Of a stretch of 64,000 nucleotides of DNA, positions 25,722 through 37,552 are shown piece by piece (the first letter of the stretch is position 1; each line of letters opens with the position of its first letter). A program made the position numbers and the translations under genes. Below the pieces are notes generated by a model, which was not told where the DNA came from, ran no database searches, and was given only the letters and a program-made list of their open reading frames with translations. Source of the stretch: Actinomycetes bacterium (GTDB taxonomy: Bacteria; Actinomycetota; CADDZG01; JAHWKV01); contig JAJCYE010000071.1 in assembly GCA_029263075.1 (NCBI GenBank), positions 11,014-75,013 of the forward strand, written 5' to 3'.

Positions 25722-26435
25722 CTAACCCGTGATGTGGGGGGTTATGACCGCGTTCTCCAGGAAAGTCGCTTCCAACTCCATGACCTCGTCCTCCAACTTG
25801 AGCACCCTGACCCCCAGTGCGAGCAGGACCAGGTAGAGCAGCGTGAAGACGGCGAACATCCCGAGCAGCACTATCAACATCTCCTGAGGTAATGCGGCCG
25901 AGGCTTCCGGGCGCACCACCGTTCGTGACGGGTGCTGGCCCCGCCACCAATCGACTGAGAAGTGCACCAGGGGTACGACCATAAATCCCGCGATGCCTAT
26001 AACCGCGCCGATGCGGGCGCCGCGATTTTCGTCGCCGGCGTTGGCGCGGAACGCCAGGTAGCCCAGATAAATCAAAAAAAGCACCAGGGTTAACGTCAAC
26101 CGGGGGTCCCAGGCCCAAAACGCGCCCCAAATCGGCTTCCCCCACATTGCCCCGGTGATGAGGGTGGTTGCGGTGAACAGCACGCCAACCTTGGCCGAAG
26201 CGTGGGCGACCCAGTCCCAGCGGGACTCCGACGTCTTCAGGTAGGCGACCGAACAGACCAGGACCACCCCGAAGGCCAGGTATGCCACCCAGGCGGAGGG
26301 AGCGTGGAGGTAAACGATTCTCTGCGACACGCCCTGGAAGGCCTCGGTGGGCACCCAGAAAAAGATCGCGACGAGACCGGCCATAAAACCTATGGCGAGA
26401 ACAGTTTGGGTGAGCTGGAGTGGGTCTTTTTTCAT
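25722..26435 (-). CDS. ccmC: heme exporter protein C
   Basis: WWD domain WGKPIWGAFWAWDPR. Confidence 0.85.
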   Translation of the reverse strand: MKKDPLQLTQTVLAIGFMAGLVAIFFWVPTEAFQGVSQRIVYLHAPSAWVAYLAFGVVLVCSVAYLKTSESRWDWVAHASAKVGVLFTATTLITGAMWGKPIWGAFWAWDPRLTLTLVLFLIYLGYLAFRANAGDENRGARIGAVIGIAGFMVVPLVHFSVDWWRGQHPSRTVVRPEASAALPQEMLIVLLGMFAVFTLLYLVLLALGVRVLKLEDEVMELEATFLENAVITPHITG

Positions 26436-27136
26436 TCCTCGATCACAAACTCGAAAGTAACGGCTCCGAGGGTCAAAAAAACAACGTCGAAGACTGCCAT
26501 GAGGATAAACCAGCGCGCTTCACTACCAAACCGATTTTCAATAAGCAACGTCGAGGTCAGCTTGGATGCGCCCAGGATCACCGGAAGGCTGAGGGGGAAC
26601 GCAAGGAGAGGGAGCATGAGCGACCGGGCCTCCGCATACTGGGTCGCCGCACCGAACAGGGTCCCCACCGCGGCCATTCCCAAGCTGGCAACCAGCATCA
26701 CGGGCAGGATGCCGGGCAGCAGGGACCCCGGAGCGATGTTCGCAAAGAGCATAAATAGCGGGATGGCCACCAGTTCAGTAGCCAGCAGGAACGCCAGGTT
26801 GCCTATCAACTTGCCTGCGTAAAGGGCCGCCGGATCCACCGGCGCAAGAAGCAAGCCATCCCCGGCCGACCCCTCACGGTCGGCGGCGGCGCTCCTGCCG
26901 AACCCGATCACCGCCGCGAAGAAAATGCTGGTCCACAAGAGCAGACCGGTTATCTCCCGGGCGGAGATCGCCCCGGCCTTCGGCAGGGGGACCGGCGCCC
27001 TGAGTGCTCCCGGAGGCAGGGCGAAGGTCAACAGGAAAACCAGGGTGAGGGCAAATACAACCATCACCGGGGCGATCTGTTTGGCCCGCGACTCGCCGCG
27101 AAGGTCCTTGGCCGCCAAGGCCAGGATGGTTCTCAT
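26432..27136 (-). CDS. ccmB: heme exporter permease CcmB
   Basis: 234-aa 6-TM ABC-2-type permease. 4-nt overlaps with ccmA and ccmC. Confidence 0.75.
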   Translation of the reverse strand: MRTILALAAKDLRGESRAKQIAPVMVVFALTLVFLLTFALPPGALRAPVPLPKAGAISAREITGLLLWTSIFFAAVIGFGRSAAADREGSAGDGLLLAPVDPAALYAGKLIGNLAFLLATELVAIPLFMLFANIAPGSLLPGILPVMLVASLGMAAVGTLFGAATQYAEARSLMLPLLAFPLSLPVILGASKLTSTLLIENRFGSEARWFILMAVFDVVFLTLGAVTFEFVIEE

Positions 27137-27735
27137 TCGGCCCGGCCACCGGTCAGGTGAATGAGCCGATCTGCCACCTGTTCAGCTCTCGGCCGGTCGT
27201 GGGTGGAAAGCAGTACCGTTCGACCGTTTTGGGCAATGAGTCCTGGAAGGCGCTCCGAACTGGTTTCGTCCAGACCTGAAAAGGGTTCGTCGAGCAGCAG
27301 ATACCGGGGTTCGTGGAGCAGGGTCCTGGCCAGACCGAGCCGTTGGGACTCTCCGCGGGAGAAGGTGCGCACCAGCGAGGCGCCCTTGGCGCCCAATCCC
27401 ACATCTTCCAGCAACTTGGGAACCCGGGTCCGGTCAACCCGGTAGAGGTCGGCGTAGAAGTTGAGGTTTTCGGTGGCCGACAGGTAGCGGTAGAGAAACG
27501 GCTCGTGGCCCAGATAGCCGATGGCTGATTTGCACTCCGCCGGGGGCGACCCCTCCAGCGTCACCGATCCGGAGGTGGGTTTGACGAGGCCGGCGACGAG
27601 TTTAAGCAGGGTGGACTTGCCAGATCCGTTGGCGCCCAGGATGGCCACCGTGGTGCCGTCGGCAATCTGAAGGCTCAGGTTGGTGATTGCCCGGACGCGG
27701 CCGAATGTTTTCGTCAGTCCGTCGAGGACGATCAA
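27133..27735 (-). CDS. ccmA: heme exporter ATP-binding protein CcmA
   Basis: Walker A GANGSGKST, signature LSRGESQRLGLA, Walker B LLLDEP. Confidence 0.85.
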   Translation of the reverse strand: MIVLDGLTKTFGRVRAITNLSLQIADGTTVAILGANGSGKSTLLKLVAGLVKPTSGSVTLEGSPPAECKSAIGYLGHEPFLYRYLSATENLNFYADLYRVDRTRVPKLLEDVGLGAKGASLVRTFSRGESQRLGLARTLLHEPRYLLLDEPFSGLDETSSERLPGLIAQNGRTVLLSTHDRPRAEQVADRLIHLTGGRAE

Positions 27736-28931
27736 CTCTTTGGCGGTTCGCTCAGTCCGGCAAGCAGACTGGCGCGCTGGGACCTATATGTTGGTTCGTC
27801 CAGTTTGCCGGCCTCGAACTGTTCGTCGAGTTCGGCTATCCGGTCGATGAGTTCCTGCCTGGGGGAGGGCTCAACGGTTTTGGCCTCAGGGACCTGCGGT
27901 TTTTGTTTGGCCGCCCGGCGGCGGCGCATACGGAGGGCGGCCGTCACAAAAAGAGCCGCCAGGACCGCGGCCACTGCCCCGAACCCGATCCAGACTCCGT
28001 CCGACGAGCCGTCGTCGGGGAACCCGATGTCCGCCTCGATCACCGATCCCGGGTTCAATGCCCCGCTGCGGTACCGGTTGTAGGACTCTCCGCCCAGGGT
28101 TTTGTTCTCCTGGAACTCAAATCCCGGCGCCGCGGTAAGTGTGAGCCGGTCACCGACGAGCAGATCGGCGTGGTCGGTTGGGTTATAGACCTCACGGCGA
28201 AGTTGCCAGCCGGTCCGGGGAACCTTGACCTTAAACAGATAGGCGATCGAACTTTCTCCGGGGGGCAGGGCGGAAGTTGTCACCAATCTCCCCTCGCCGG
28301 AGGTGGCCAGGCCCGCGGCGTTGACGGGGTCGGCGGGTGCCAGGTCGTACGCGGACTCGGGGATGGGCAGCTTGAGGACCTGGCGAGCCGGTGCCTCGGC
28401 GGGAGGGCTGGCCTGCGGGTCGGGAGCATCCTGATCTGAGTCGGCGCCGACGAAAGTGCGGTCAGATTCGTTGCGGAACCTCATAAGCTGCAGCACTTCC
28501 AGGACGTTGCCCTGTCCGTCGACCGTGCTTTGTAGAACCGTAATCGAGTCGGATACGACCGTAACTGCGGAGGCTTCGGTGGTGGTTTCGAAGATCTTGA
28601 GTTCGATCCCGGTGGTCTCGCCCGGCTCCAGTGACCGGCTGTAGGCAACACCTTTGTAGAACAAGCCCACCAGATGCCCCTTTTCAGGATCGGCGTCGAA
28701 GGTGAAGGCGCCCCCGGCCCCGACCGGCGAAAACGACGGTTGACCCTGGGGCACGCCGTCGGAGTCGTTTTCCAGGACGGTCACCCGCAGCGCTCCGGGC
28801 AATTCGGTGCCTGCCGTCCCCATAACCACGTTCCCCGTTGCGGCGGTGGGGGTGGCCGCCCGGGCCGGGGCCGGACCGAACATGGCCGCAAGGACCATTG
28901 CGACGGCGGAGAACGTCCGTGAAATCCTCAA
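27732..28931 (-). CDS. secreted Cys-free protein with C-terminal TM anchor, embedded in the ccm operon (unknown function)
   Basis: Signal peptide MRISRTFSAVAMVLAAMFGPAPARA. About 300-aa extracytoplasmic domain, TM (VWIGFGAVAAVLAALFVTAAL), basic/acidic cytoplasmic tail. Confidence 0.5.
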   Translation of the reverse strand: MRISRTFSAVAMVLAAMFGPAPARAATPTAATGNVVMGTAGTELPGALRVTVLENDSDGVPQGQPSFSPVGAGGAFTFDADPEKGHLVGLFYKGVAYSRSLEPGETTGIELKIFETTTEASAVTVVSDSITVLQSTVDGQGNVLEVLQLMRFRNESDRTFVGADSDQDAPDPQASPPAEAPARQVLKLPIPESAYDLAPADPVNAAGLATSGEGRLVTTSALPPGESSIAYLFKVKVPRTGWQLRREVYNPTDHADLLVGDRLTLTAAPGFEFQENKTLGGESYNRYRSGALNPGSVIEADIGFPDDGSSDGVWIGFGAVAAVLAALFVTAALRMRRRRAAKQKPQVPEAKTVEPSPRQELIDRIAELDEQFEAGKLDEPTYRSQRASLLAGLSEPPKS

Positions 28932-29272
28932 TTTTTGCGAAGGCGGCCCCGCGCCGCCCGGATCTCCTCCTCAAGGGTCGCCAGGTCGGTCTGCTGGGTG
29001 TCCTCGCCCTCCAGTTCGTGGATGATTCCCAAGGCCTCGGCCTTGCTCTGCCCGCGCAGTTGCTCGTAGTCCTGATCGCCCATCTTTCCCATCTCGTGGT
29101 CCATCTCAAGGTCGACGATCGATCGGTAGACGCTCTGCTTGGCTTCAAGCAGGTCCTCGGTCCGCCGGTCTTCGTCCGGACCCCCGAGGGCTCGCCGGCT
29201 CCCCAGGAGGGGTTTCACGATCCACCCGACCGCGGCGAGTACGACGGCAGCTACCACGACCTGTTCGATCAC
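28928..29272 (-). CDS. small membrane-anchored acidic protein in the ccm operon (unknown)
   Basis: 114 aa, N-terminal TM, then a charged helical region. Confidence 0.4.
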   Translation of the reverse strand: MIEQVVVAAVVLAAVGWIVKPLLGSRRALGGPDEDRRTEDLLEAKQSVYRSIVDLEMDHEMGKMGDQDYEQLRGQSKAEALGIIHELEGEDTQQTDLATLEEEIRAARGRLRKN

Positions 29273-29741
29273 TCTGACCCCCTGCGGAAGTTGCCGAAGT
29301 CTTTGTCGAACACGCGCTCCTCCTCGGGAGTTAGTTGCGAGGTTGCTTCATCGATCGGGGTCCGGGCTTGACCGGGTGGCTGGCGGCGCCGGAGGACGAG
29401 CATGATCACAAACAGGCCCGCCAGGACCGCCAGAGGCGGCGCTACCCAGGCCAGGGTTCCATCCGGCCGCGCGAGTGCCACCTCGCCGAAGTTGTCGACT
29501 ATCCAACGGTCGATCTGTTCGTTGGTGTCGCCCCGGAGGACCATCTGGTTGATCTCGCCCCTCAGCCGGCTGGCCTGGTCCGACGGGCACTCCTCCAGGG
29601 TAAGCCCGGGACAGAAGGGTGACATCATGCGAGCGGCGACCTCGTCGGTGGTGGGGACCGCGCCGGGATCGGGGCCCGCGGTTATGACCATGCCGAAAGC
29701 CAAACCGCCGATGACAGCTAAGGCCGCGAGGGGCCAGAGCC

Positions 29742-29745
<4 letters not shown>
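29269..29745 (-). CDS. ccmH: CcmH/CycL-like cytochrome c biogenesis protein with non-canonical Cys spacing
   Basis: FCPGLTLEECPSDQASRLRGEINQMVLRGDTNEQIDRWIVDNFG parallels the CcmH LRCPKCQNQS...EIVDYMVARYG region. The Cys pair is C-x7-C instead of CxxC. C-terminal TM. Confidence 0.6.
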
Positions 29746-31742
<1,997 letters not shown>

Positions 31743-31758
31743 TCCTCCTGCGGTGAAG

Positions 31759-32148
31759 CTAGCCTTCTGAGGCCAGCTTGGCTTCCATCTTCGAGGGGCA
31801 TTTGACCAGGACGCTGGAGGCGGAGAAAGCTTCTGCCCCCATGGCGCCTTCGGCCACGACCTCAACGTCGCCGGCGAAAGTGTCGGGCAGGGCGTCCTCG
31901 GTGGTCACTGCGACCTCAGCGGATCCGTCGGACACCATGAAGTTGGTGGTGGTCCCGGCCAGTTCGATGGAACCTGGGACCACGATCCCGGCAACCCGGA
32001 CCGTGCGGTTTTCTTCAAAACTGCCGGAGTTCAGCTCGGAGGGCGTCCGGTAGTAGGCCGTGGTGCCCGAGAGCGACCAGACGATCAACCCGACGATTGA
32101 TATAACGATCACTCCCGCGGCGAGGCTGAAGCGTTTGGTAGCGGACAT
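31759..32148 (-). CDS. ccmE: heme chaperone CcmE, variant with Cys at the heme-attachment position
   Basis: N-terminal TM and OB-fold region align with CcmE (VAGIVVPGSIE...). The canonical LAKHDENY is replaced by LVKCPSKM. Confidence 0.75.
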   Translation of the reverse strand: MSATKRFSLAAGVIVISIVGLIVWSLSGTTAYYRTPSELNSGSFEENRTVRVAGIVVPGSIELAGTTTNFMVSDGSAEVAVTTEDALPDTFAGDVEVVAEGAMGAEAFSASSVLVKCPSKMEAKLASEG

Positions 32149-32263
32149 GGGCTCATTATCCCATTGATGGAAACGGTCACGACCACATGGGGCGTGGGAC
32201 TCAAGTCGGTGTGAGAATTAGACTGAGATTAAAGCGACTGCTCAAATCGTCTGGAGGCATTGA

Positions 32264-33586
32264 TTGGCGGATTACGACGCAATTGTCGTCGGGGCCGGTC
32301 CCGGGGGCTCGGCCGCCGCTTACTGGCTGGCAGCAGCCGGGCTCAAGGTCGTCCTTTTGGAGAAAAAGGCGCTGGGCCGCGACAAGGTGTGCGGCGACGG
32401 GCTGACTCCGCGGGCGACCAAGGCCCTGGTCGAGATGGGGGTGCGCCCCGCGACGGAGTCCTACCACCGGATCCGAGGCCTGAGGGTCCTGGGCGCCGAT
32501 CGGGAAATGGAACTGGACTGGCCCTCTCTCAGCAACTTCCCCGCCAACGGACTGGTTGCCGCCCGGGCGGTCCTGGATGCGGACATCACCCGCCGGGCCG
32601 TGGAAGCCGGGGTGGAACTCCGCGACATGACCGAGGCGGTGGAACCGGTGCGGGAGGGAACCACCGTGGTCGGCGTCAAGTGGGTCCGCAAGGAGCCCGC
32701 TGAAGGAGGCGGGGTCATCAAGGCCGACGAAGGGGAGATCCTGGCCCCCTTCACCATCGTCGCCGACGGCGCATCCTCGTCCTTCGGCCGGGCGCTCGGC
32801 ATCAAAATGGACCCTAGCTACCCGCTGGGCCTGGGGATTCGCGCCTACTACCAGACCGATCGCCACGACGACGACTTCATCGAGTCGTGGCTCGAGCTAC
32901 GCAAGGACGACCTTTTATTGCCGGGCTACGGCTGGCTCTTCCCGCTGGGCGACGGAACGATGAACGTGGGCGTCGGCCTGCTCCAGACCTCCAAGCGCGA
33001 CCTCAATGTGAACCTCAGCCGGTTGCAGCACGACTTCATCGACTGCCTGCCCAAGTCTTACGGCATCACCCACGAAAGCGCGACCGGTCCCTATAAGTCG
33101 GCCCGGCTGCCGCTCGGGGGGAGTATCCGCAAACCCTACGGCGACGGCTTCCTTTGTATTGGCGATGCCGCCGGCATGATCAACCCGTTCAACGGGGAGG
33201 GCATCGACTATGCGCTGGAAACCGGCAAGCTTGCCGCCGGCATGGTCAGCGCTGCGCTCTCCCGGGGGGACTCGGCCGAACTGCATGACTACCAGACGGC
33301 CCTGCGGGACATCTACGGCGGCTACTACCGGTTGGGCCGGCTGTTTTTGAAGATGATCAGCAAACCGGAACTGTTCCGGTTGATGTGCGGGATCGGGATG
33401 CGCTCGGAGACGGTCATGGCCTTTGCACTCCAGGTGCTGGCCAACCTGGGAGAGGACAACGGCGGGAAGATGGCCGACCGGGCGTTCCGGGGTCTGGTGC
33501 GGGCCGCCGAGAAGGGCCTGGACGAGTACAGGGACCCGGAAATCCCAACCCCCAGCGGCGCAAAGGTGGGCGCAGGAGTCTCCTGA
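32264..33586 (+). CDS. geranylgeranyl reductase family FAD-dependent oxidoreductase (MenJ-like menaquinone/isoprenoid reductase)
   Basis: YDAIVVGAGPGGSAAAYWLA FAD-binding N-terminus. GDAAG motif (CIGDAAGMINP). Confidence 0.75.
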   Translation: MADYDAIVVGAGPGGSAAAYWLAAAGLKVVLLEKKALGRDKVCGDGLTPRATKALVEMGVRPATESYHRIRGLRVLGADREMELDWPSLSNFPANGLVAARAVLDADITRRAVEAGVELRDMTEAVEPVREGTTVVGVKWVRKEPAEGGGVIKADEGEILAPFTIVADGASSSFGRALGIKMDPSYPLGLGIRAYYQTDRHDDDFIESWLELRKDDLLLPGYGWLFPLGDGTMNVGVGLLQTSKRDLNVNLSRLQHDFIDCLPKSYGITHESATGPYKSARLPLGGSIRKPYGDGFLCIGDAAGMINPFNGEGIDYALETGKLAAGMVSAALSRGDSAELHDYQTALRDIYGGYYRLGRLFLKMISKPELFRLMCGIGMRSETVMAFALQVLANLGEDNGGKMADRAFRGLVRAAEKGLDEYRDPEIPTPSGAKVGAGVS

Positions 33587-33759
33587 ACTGAGCGGTGACA
33601 GGCCGTACCGCCTAGGGCAATGGGCGGCCGCCAAATACCCCTAGTGAATCCTGCCATGATGATGAGAACTCCGGCTCCGTTTAGGACAAGTTGGGTCGGT
33701 GGTCCCGCAAGCTCATTCGAGCGCCGGCCCACTGGGCGCTCCGAGTACAGGAGGTTGGG

Positions 33760-33933
33760 ATGTCCGGCAAGTTCGAGGTTTACCAGGCCAAGGACGGTTT
33801 TCGCCTGAGGTTAAAGGCGGGCAACGGGGAGATAGTCGCATCCGGTGAGGCCTACTCAACTCGCGCCGGGGCCCACAAGGGATGTGAGGCGGTCGCCAGG
33901 GCGGCCGCCGGAGCCACCATCGAGGACAAATAA
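33760..33933 (+). CDS. DUF1508/YegP-family small protein
   Basis: MSGKFEVYQAKDGFRLRLKAGNGEIVASGEAYSTRAGAHKG. RBS AGGAGG 6 nt upstream. Confidence 0.7.
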   Translation: MSGKFEVYQAKDGFRLRLKAGNGEIVASGEAYSTRAGAHKGCEAVARAAAGATIEDK

Positions 33934-34045
33934 CCGGGGCGGCCACCGCGGGATGTGAACTCTGCGCCCAGCGCAGGGTCCGACCTTCTCGACGTAACAG
34001 GCATGCGGTTGTCCCATCAATAGGGCTTTTCCAAAATCACCTCAT

Positions 34046-34735
34046 TTGGTCGTTAACAACCTGCCCTTTCCTGCCGATCACCCTCCAAGGGAACCGCGGG
34101 TATCTCCTATGGAGGCATGGGCTGATATGGATGGAAAAGCTGCCAAAAGCATCGAGGCGATCCTCGACGAGTACAACAAAAAACAGCGAGCTGTGAGGCT
34201 GGAGATGGAACTCAGAAGAGCTCAGCGGGAAGAGTTTTTGAGCAACTTTGCAAGCAGGATTCAGGCAGTGGTCCGGCCCGTGATGCAAGAGGCCGGAGAG
34301 CTTCTCAGGCACAGCGGGCACGATTACGAAATCATCGAACACTCAGACGGGCTTCAGCCCGACGGCAAGACCCTCAACGCGGCCATCGTTCTCGCCATCT
34401 ATCCGGAGGGGGAGCGCCCCAACGACCCCCGCCGGCAAGAAGATCAGACCGGCTGGCCCCACATCACCTTTTTCGTCAACCCCAACAAGAACACGATCAT
34501 CGTGCACGAGAGCGCCATGATGCCCAACGTCGGCGGCCCGGCGGGGACCGCGGGCGAGTACTCCCTCGATCAGATCTCGGCCGAGACGGTACAAAAACAT
34601 CTCGTCAGTGTGCTGGCGCGGGCCATGGGCATCGGGCGGGCCAAAAGAACTGCCCGGTCGCTGCGCACCCCCCGCACCCGCAAGCATGAGGAAGAGCCGA
34701 TCCCCGCAGCGCCCTACAACTACCTGGCCCGCTAG
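34046..34735 (+). CDS. hypothetical protein
   Basis: 229-aa ORF. Basic C-terminus. No motif recognised. Confidence 0.4.
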   Translation: MVVNNLPFPADHPPREPRVSPMEAWADMDGKAAKSIEAILDEYNKKQRAVRLEMELRRAQREEFLSNFASRIQAVVRPVMQEAGELLRHSGHDYEIIEHSDGLQPDGKTLNAAIVLAIYPEGERPNDPRRQEDQTGWPHITFFVNPNKNTIIVHESAMMPNVGGPAGTAGEYSLDQISAETVQKHLVSVLARAMGIGRAKRTARSLRTPRTRKHEEEPIPAAPYNYLAR

Positions 34736-34873
34736 TAGAGCGGGCAATCATTACCACGTGTAACCCGCCGCGGCAGCGGTAGGGCTACGGCCTGAGCGGC
34801 CTCGGGGCGGGGGGCAAGCTTGTGATAGCTTTCAGGAAGTCTGTCGGCTATTCACGAAGGGAAATGACGCTCG

Positions 34874-35242
34874 GTGCCAGACGGTTATTTTGGTTCTTAC
34901 CTGACCCTGGCCATCTACTCTTTGGCCATGATCGGCCTGGTAGGCGGGACCCTCGGCCTCAACCGCCTGGTTTCGCCGAAGGTTCCCGGCAAAGAAAAGA
35001 TGACCACCTACGAAAGTGGCGTCGACCCCATCGGCAGTGGCCAGAGCCAGACCACCATTCGTTATTACATGTTCGCCTTACTCTTCGTCATCTTCGACGT
35101 CGAGGCGGTGTTCCTGTTCCCGTGGGCAGTGGTATTCGAGGAGATCGGCGTCTTCGCCTTTGTCGAGATGATGATCTTCGTCGCCATCCTCGCTCTCGGC
35201 CTGCTTTACGCCTGGCGTAAGAAGGTGCTGGACTGGATTTGA
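34874..35242 (+). CDS. nuoA: NADH-quinone oxidoreductase subunit A
   Basis: 122 aa, 3 TM. Conserved FDVEAVFLFPWA. Confidence 0.85.
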   Translation: MPDGYFGSYLTLAIYSLAMIGLVGGTLGLNRLVSPKVPGKEKMTTYESGVDPIGSGQSQTTIRYYMFALLFVIFDVEAVFLFPWAVVFEEIGVFAFVEMMIFVAILALGLLYAWRKKVLDWI

Positions 35243-35297
35243 GAGTTTTTAGCTCGGCAGGCCACAACTGCGTCACCCCGATTCCCGCAGAGGAGCT

Positions 35298-35846
35298 TTG
35301 ATGGCCCAAGATCCCGACGTTGAGAAGGTCAAACTCCCAAAGGGCGTCAGCTTCCTGCTGAACTGGGGACGCAAGTACTCCCTGTGGATGTTCCAGTTCG
35401 GCCTCGCATGTTGCTCCATAGAATTCATCGCCTCGGCGATGCCCAAACATGACATCATGCGGCTGGGCGTCATCCCGTTCCCGGCCTCACCCCGCCAGGC
35501 GGACCTCATGGTGGTTGCCGGCACCGTGACCGACAAGATGGCCCCGGCGATCAAGCGGGTCTACGAGCAGATGGCCGAACCGAAGTACGTGATCTCTATG
35601 GGTTCGTGCGCCAACTGCGGCGGACCCTACTGGGACTCCTACTGCGTTACCAAGGGCGTCGATCAGATTCTCCCGGTCGATGTCTACGTACCGGGCTGCC
35701 CGCCCAGGCCCGAGGGTCTGTTGGGCGGCATCATCCGTCTGCAGAACATGATTCAGGGCGAAAACATCAAAGAGAAATGGCAAGGTAGTGACCACACAGG
35801 AAAGATTCCGCAGATCATTGGAACGGGTCGAGCCGGAGGAATTTAG
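35298..35846 (+). CDS. nuoB: NADH-quinone oxidoreductase subunit B
   Basis: CCSIEF ... [11 protein letters not shown]2 cluster motifs. Confidence 0.9.
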   Translation: MMAQDPDVEKVKLPKGVSFLLNWGRKYSLWMFQFGLACCSIEFIASAMPKHDIMRLGVIPFPASPRQADLMVVAGTVTDKMAPAIKRVYEQMAEPKYVISMGSCANCGGPYWDSYCVTKGVDQILPVDVYVPGCPPRPEGLLGGIIRLQNMIQGENIKEKWQGSDHTGKIPQIIGTGRAGGI

Positions 35847-36336
35847 CCGGCGGGTCTCCGCCAAGATCGGGGACCTGGCCACCGATGTCGAGGTTAAATA
35901 CGGGCACGTTTGGGCGAAGGTTGATCCTGCGCGCATTGTTGACGTCGTGTCCGCCCTCAAGACCGCTCCGGACCTGGCGTGCGGCTACCTGACCTTCCTG
36001 GCCGGCGTCGACTGGCAGGAGGAGGGCTTTGAGGTCGTTGTGACTGTCTACTCGGTAACCAACGAGAACACGGTGATCCTGAGTGTTTCCCTGGGGGCCG
36101 ACGCCACTATGCCCACCCTTACCGGAGTTTTCCGCAGCGCCGAGTGGCATGAACGTGAAGCGCACGAGATGTTCGGCATCAACTTCGATGGCCACCCGAA
36201 CCCGGAGAAGTTGTACCTGCCGGAAGACTTCGAGGGTCACCCTCTGCGCAAAGATTTCCGGCTGGCCAGCAGGGTCTTCAAGCCCTGGCCCGGCGCCAAG
36301 GATCCGTCAGAGGCAGCCGGTGGAGGACGCGCATGA
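35788..36336 (+). CDS. nuoC: NADH-quinone oxidoreductase subunit C (start uncertain)
   Basis: [22 protein letters not shown] motif. Track ORF overlaps nuoB by 59 nt. Confidence 0.8.
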   Translation: MTTQERFRRSLERVEPEEFSRRVSAKIGDLATDVEVKYGHVWAKVDPARIVDVVSALKTAPDLACGYLTFLAGVDWQEEGFEVVVTVYSVTNENTVILSVSLGADATMPTLTGVFRSAEWHEREAHEMFGINFDGHPNPEKLYLPEDFEGHPLRKDFRLASRVFKPWPGAKDPSEAAGGGRA

Positions 36337-36396
36337 GCACCTGTGACAAGGCTGCACGACTTTGTAAAACAGCAGCCGGTGGAGGACGCGCATGAG
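36313..36396 (+). repeat. 59-nt direct duplication of the nuoC-stop/nuoD-start junction (gcagccggtggaggacgcgcatgag x2)
   Basis: Identical 25-mer at 36313-36337 and 36372-36396. Each contains RBS GGAGGA and an ATGA overlap. Creates a 20-codon micro-ORF ([20 protein letters not shown]) at 36333..36395. Confidence 0.8.
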
Positions 36397-37552
36397 TTCG
36401 CTCATCCCCACCACCGATCGCTGGTTGAGCGAAGCCCGCCTGTCCGGCGACGGCACGTTGCGCACCGAAGAGATGGTCCTCAACATCGGTCCCCAGCACC
36501 CGGCGACCCACGGGGTGCTCCGGGTGGTCGTCACCCTGGACGGCGAGAAGATCGTGGAGGCCAAGCCGGTCATCGGGTACATGCACCGCGGCCACGAGAA
36601 GCTTTTTGAGCAGCGTGATTTCCGCCAGATCACCAACCTGTGCTCTCGGATGGACTGGCTTTCCGGGATCAACAACGAGATCCCGGCGTCGCTCGCGGTC
36701 GAACGTTTGATGGAGATCGAGGTGCCCCGCCGGGCCACTTTCCTCCGGGTGATCATGGCGGAGATAAACCGCATCCTGAACCACCTGATGTTCACCGGAT
36801 CGTTCGGCCTGGAGTTGGGCGCCACCACCCCGGTTATGTACGCATTCCGGGAACGCGAGTTGCTCCAGTCGGCCATGGAGATGGCCACCGGGGGACGCCT
36901 GCACTTCGGCTTCATCCGCCCGGGTGGGCTTAAGGAGGACGTTCCGAGGGGGTTCGTGGACCTGGCGCTGCGGGGCATTCGCCAGTTGCAGCGGGCGATC
37001 CCGGATTACGAAGACCTTTTGATCGGCAACGAGATTTTTAAGGCCCGAACGGTTGGGGTTGGGCTTCTGGACCCCGATCTGGCGGTGGAGTACGGCGTTT
37101 CCGGCCCCATTCTGCGTGCCAGCGGCGTACCCTACGACGTCCGCAAGGCCGAGCCGTACCTGAACTACAACGAGTTTGACTTCAACATCCCGGTGGGACT
37201 CCACGGGGACTCCTTCGATCGGTACTGGGTGCTCATCCAGGAGATGAAGGAGTCGGCAAAGATAGTGGAGCAGGCGCTTATGGGCCTTCCGTCCGGCTCA
37301 CACATCGGACAGGTTCCCAAGCGGCTCACCGTCCCCAAGGGGGCCATTTGGGCGAAAGCCGAAAACCCGCTGGGCGAGTTGGGCTACTACATTGTTTCCG
37401 ACGGTGACTCCCGTCCCTACCGGATGAAGGCACGGACCCCGTCGTTCTCCAACATCTCGGTGGTGCCCCACATGTTGCGCGGCGCTTACGTTCCCGACAT
37501 GGTGGCGGTCCTGGGCAGCATGTTCTTTGTGGTGGGAGATATCGACCGATGA
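36392..37552 (+). CDS. nuoD: NADH-quinone oxidoreductase subunit D (49 kDa)
   Basis: 386 aa. NIGPQHPATHGVLR ... typical NuoD. Confidence 0.9.
   Translation: MSSLIPTTDRWLSEARLSGDGTLRTEEMVLNIGPQHPATHGVLRVVVTLDGEKIVEAKPVIGYMHRGHEKLFEQRDFRQITNLCSRMDWLSGINNEIPASLAVERLMEIEVPRRATFLRVIMAEINRILNHLMFTGSFGLELGATTPVMYAFRERELLQSAMEMATGGRLHFGFIRPGGLKEDVPRGFVDLALRGIRQLQRAIPDYEDLLIGNEIFKARTVGVGLLDPDLAVEYGVSGPILRASGVPYDVRKAEPYLNYNEFDFNIPVGLHGDSFDRYWVLIQEMKESAKIVEQALMGLPSGSHIGQVPKRLTVPKGAIWAKAENPLGELGYYIVSDGDSRPYRMKARTPSFSNISVVPHMLRGAYVPDMVAVLGSMFFVVGDIDR

Noticed and set aside
36278-37204. Long antisense ORFs within the nuo operon (36278..37204, 39121..39972, 39906..41102, 42778..43581, 44484..45266)
   Set aside because: They are opposite-strand shadows of strongly supported nuo genes, a typical high-GC artefact.
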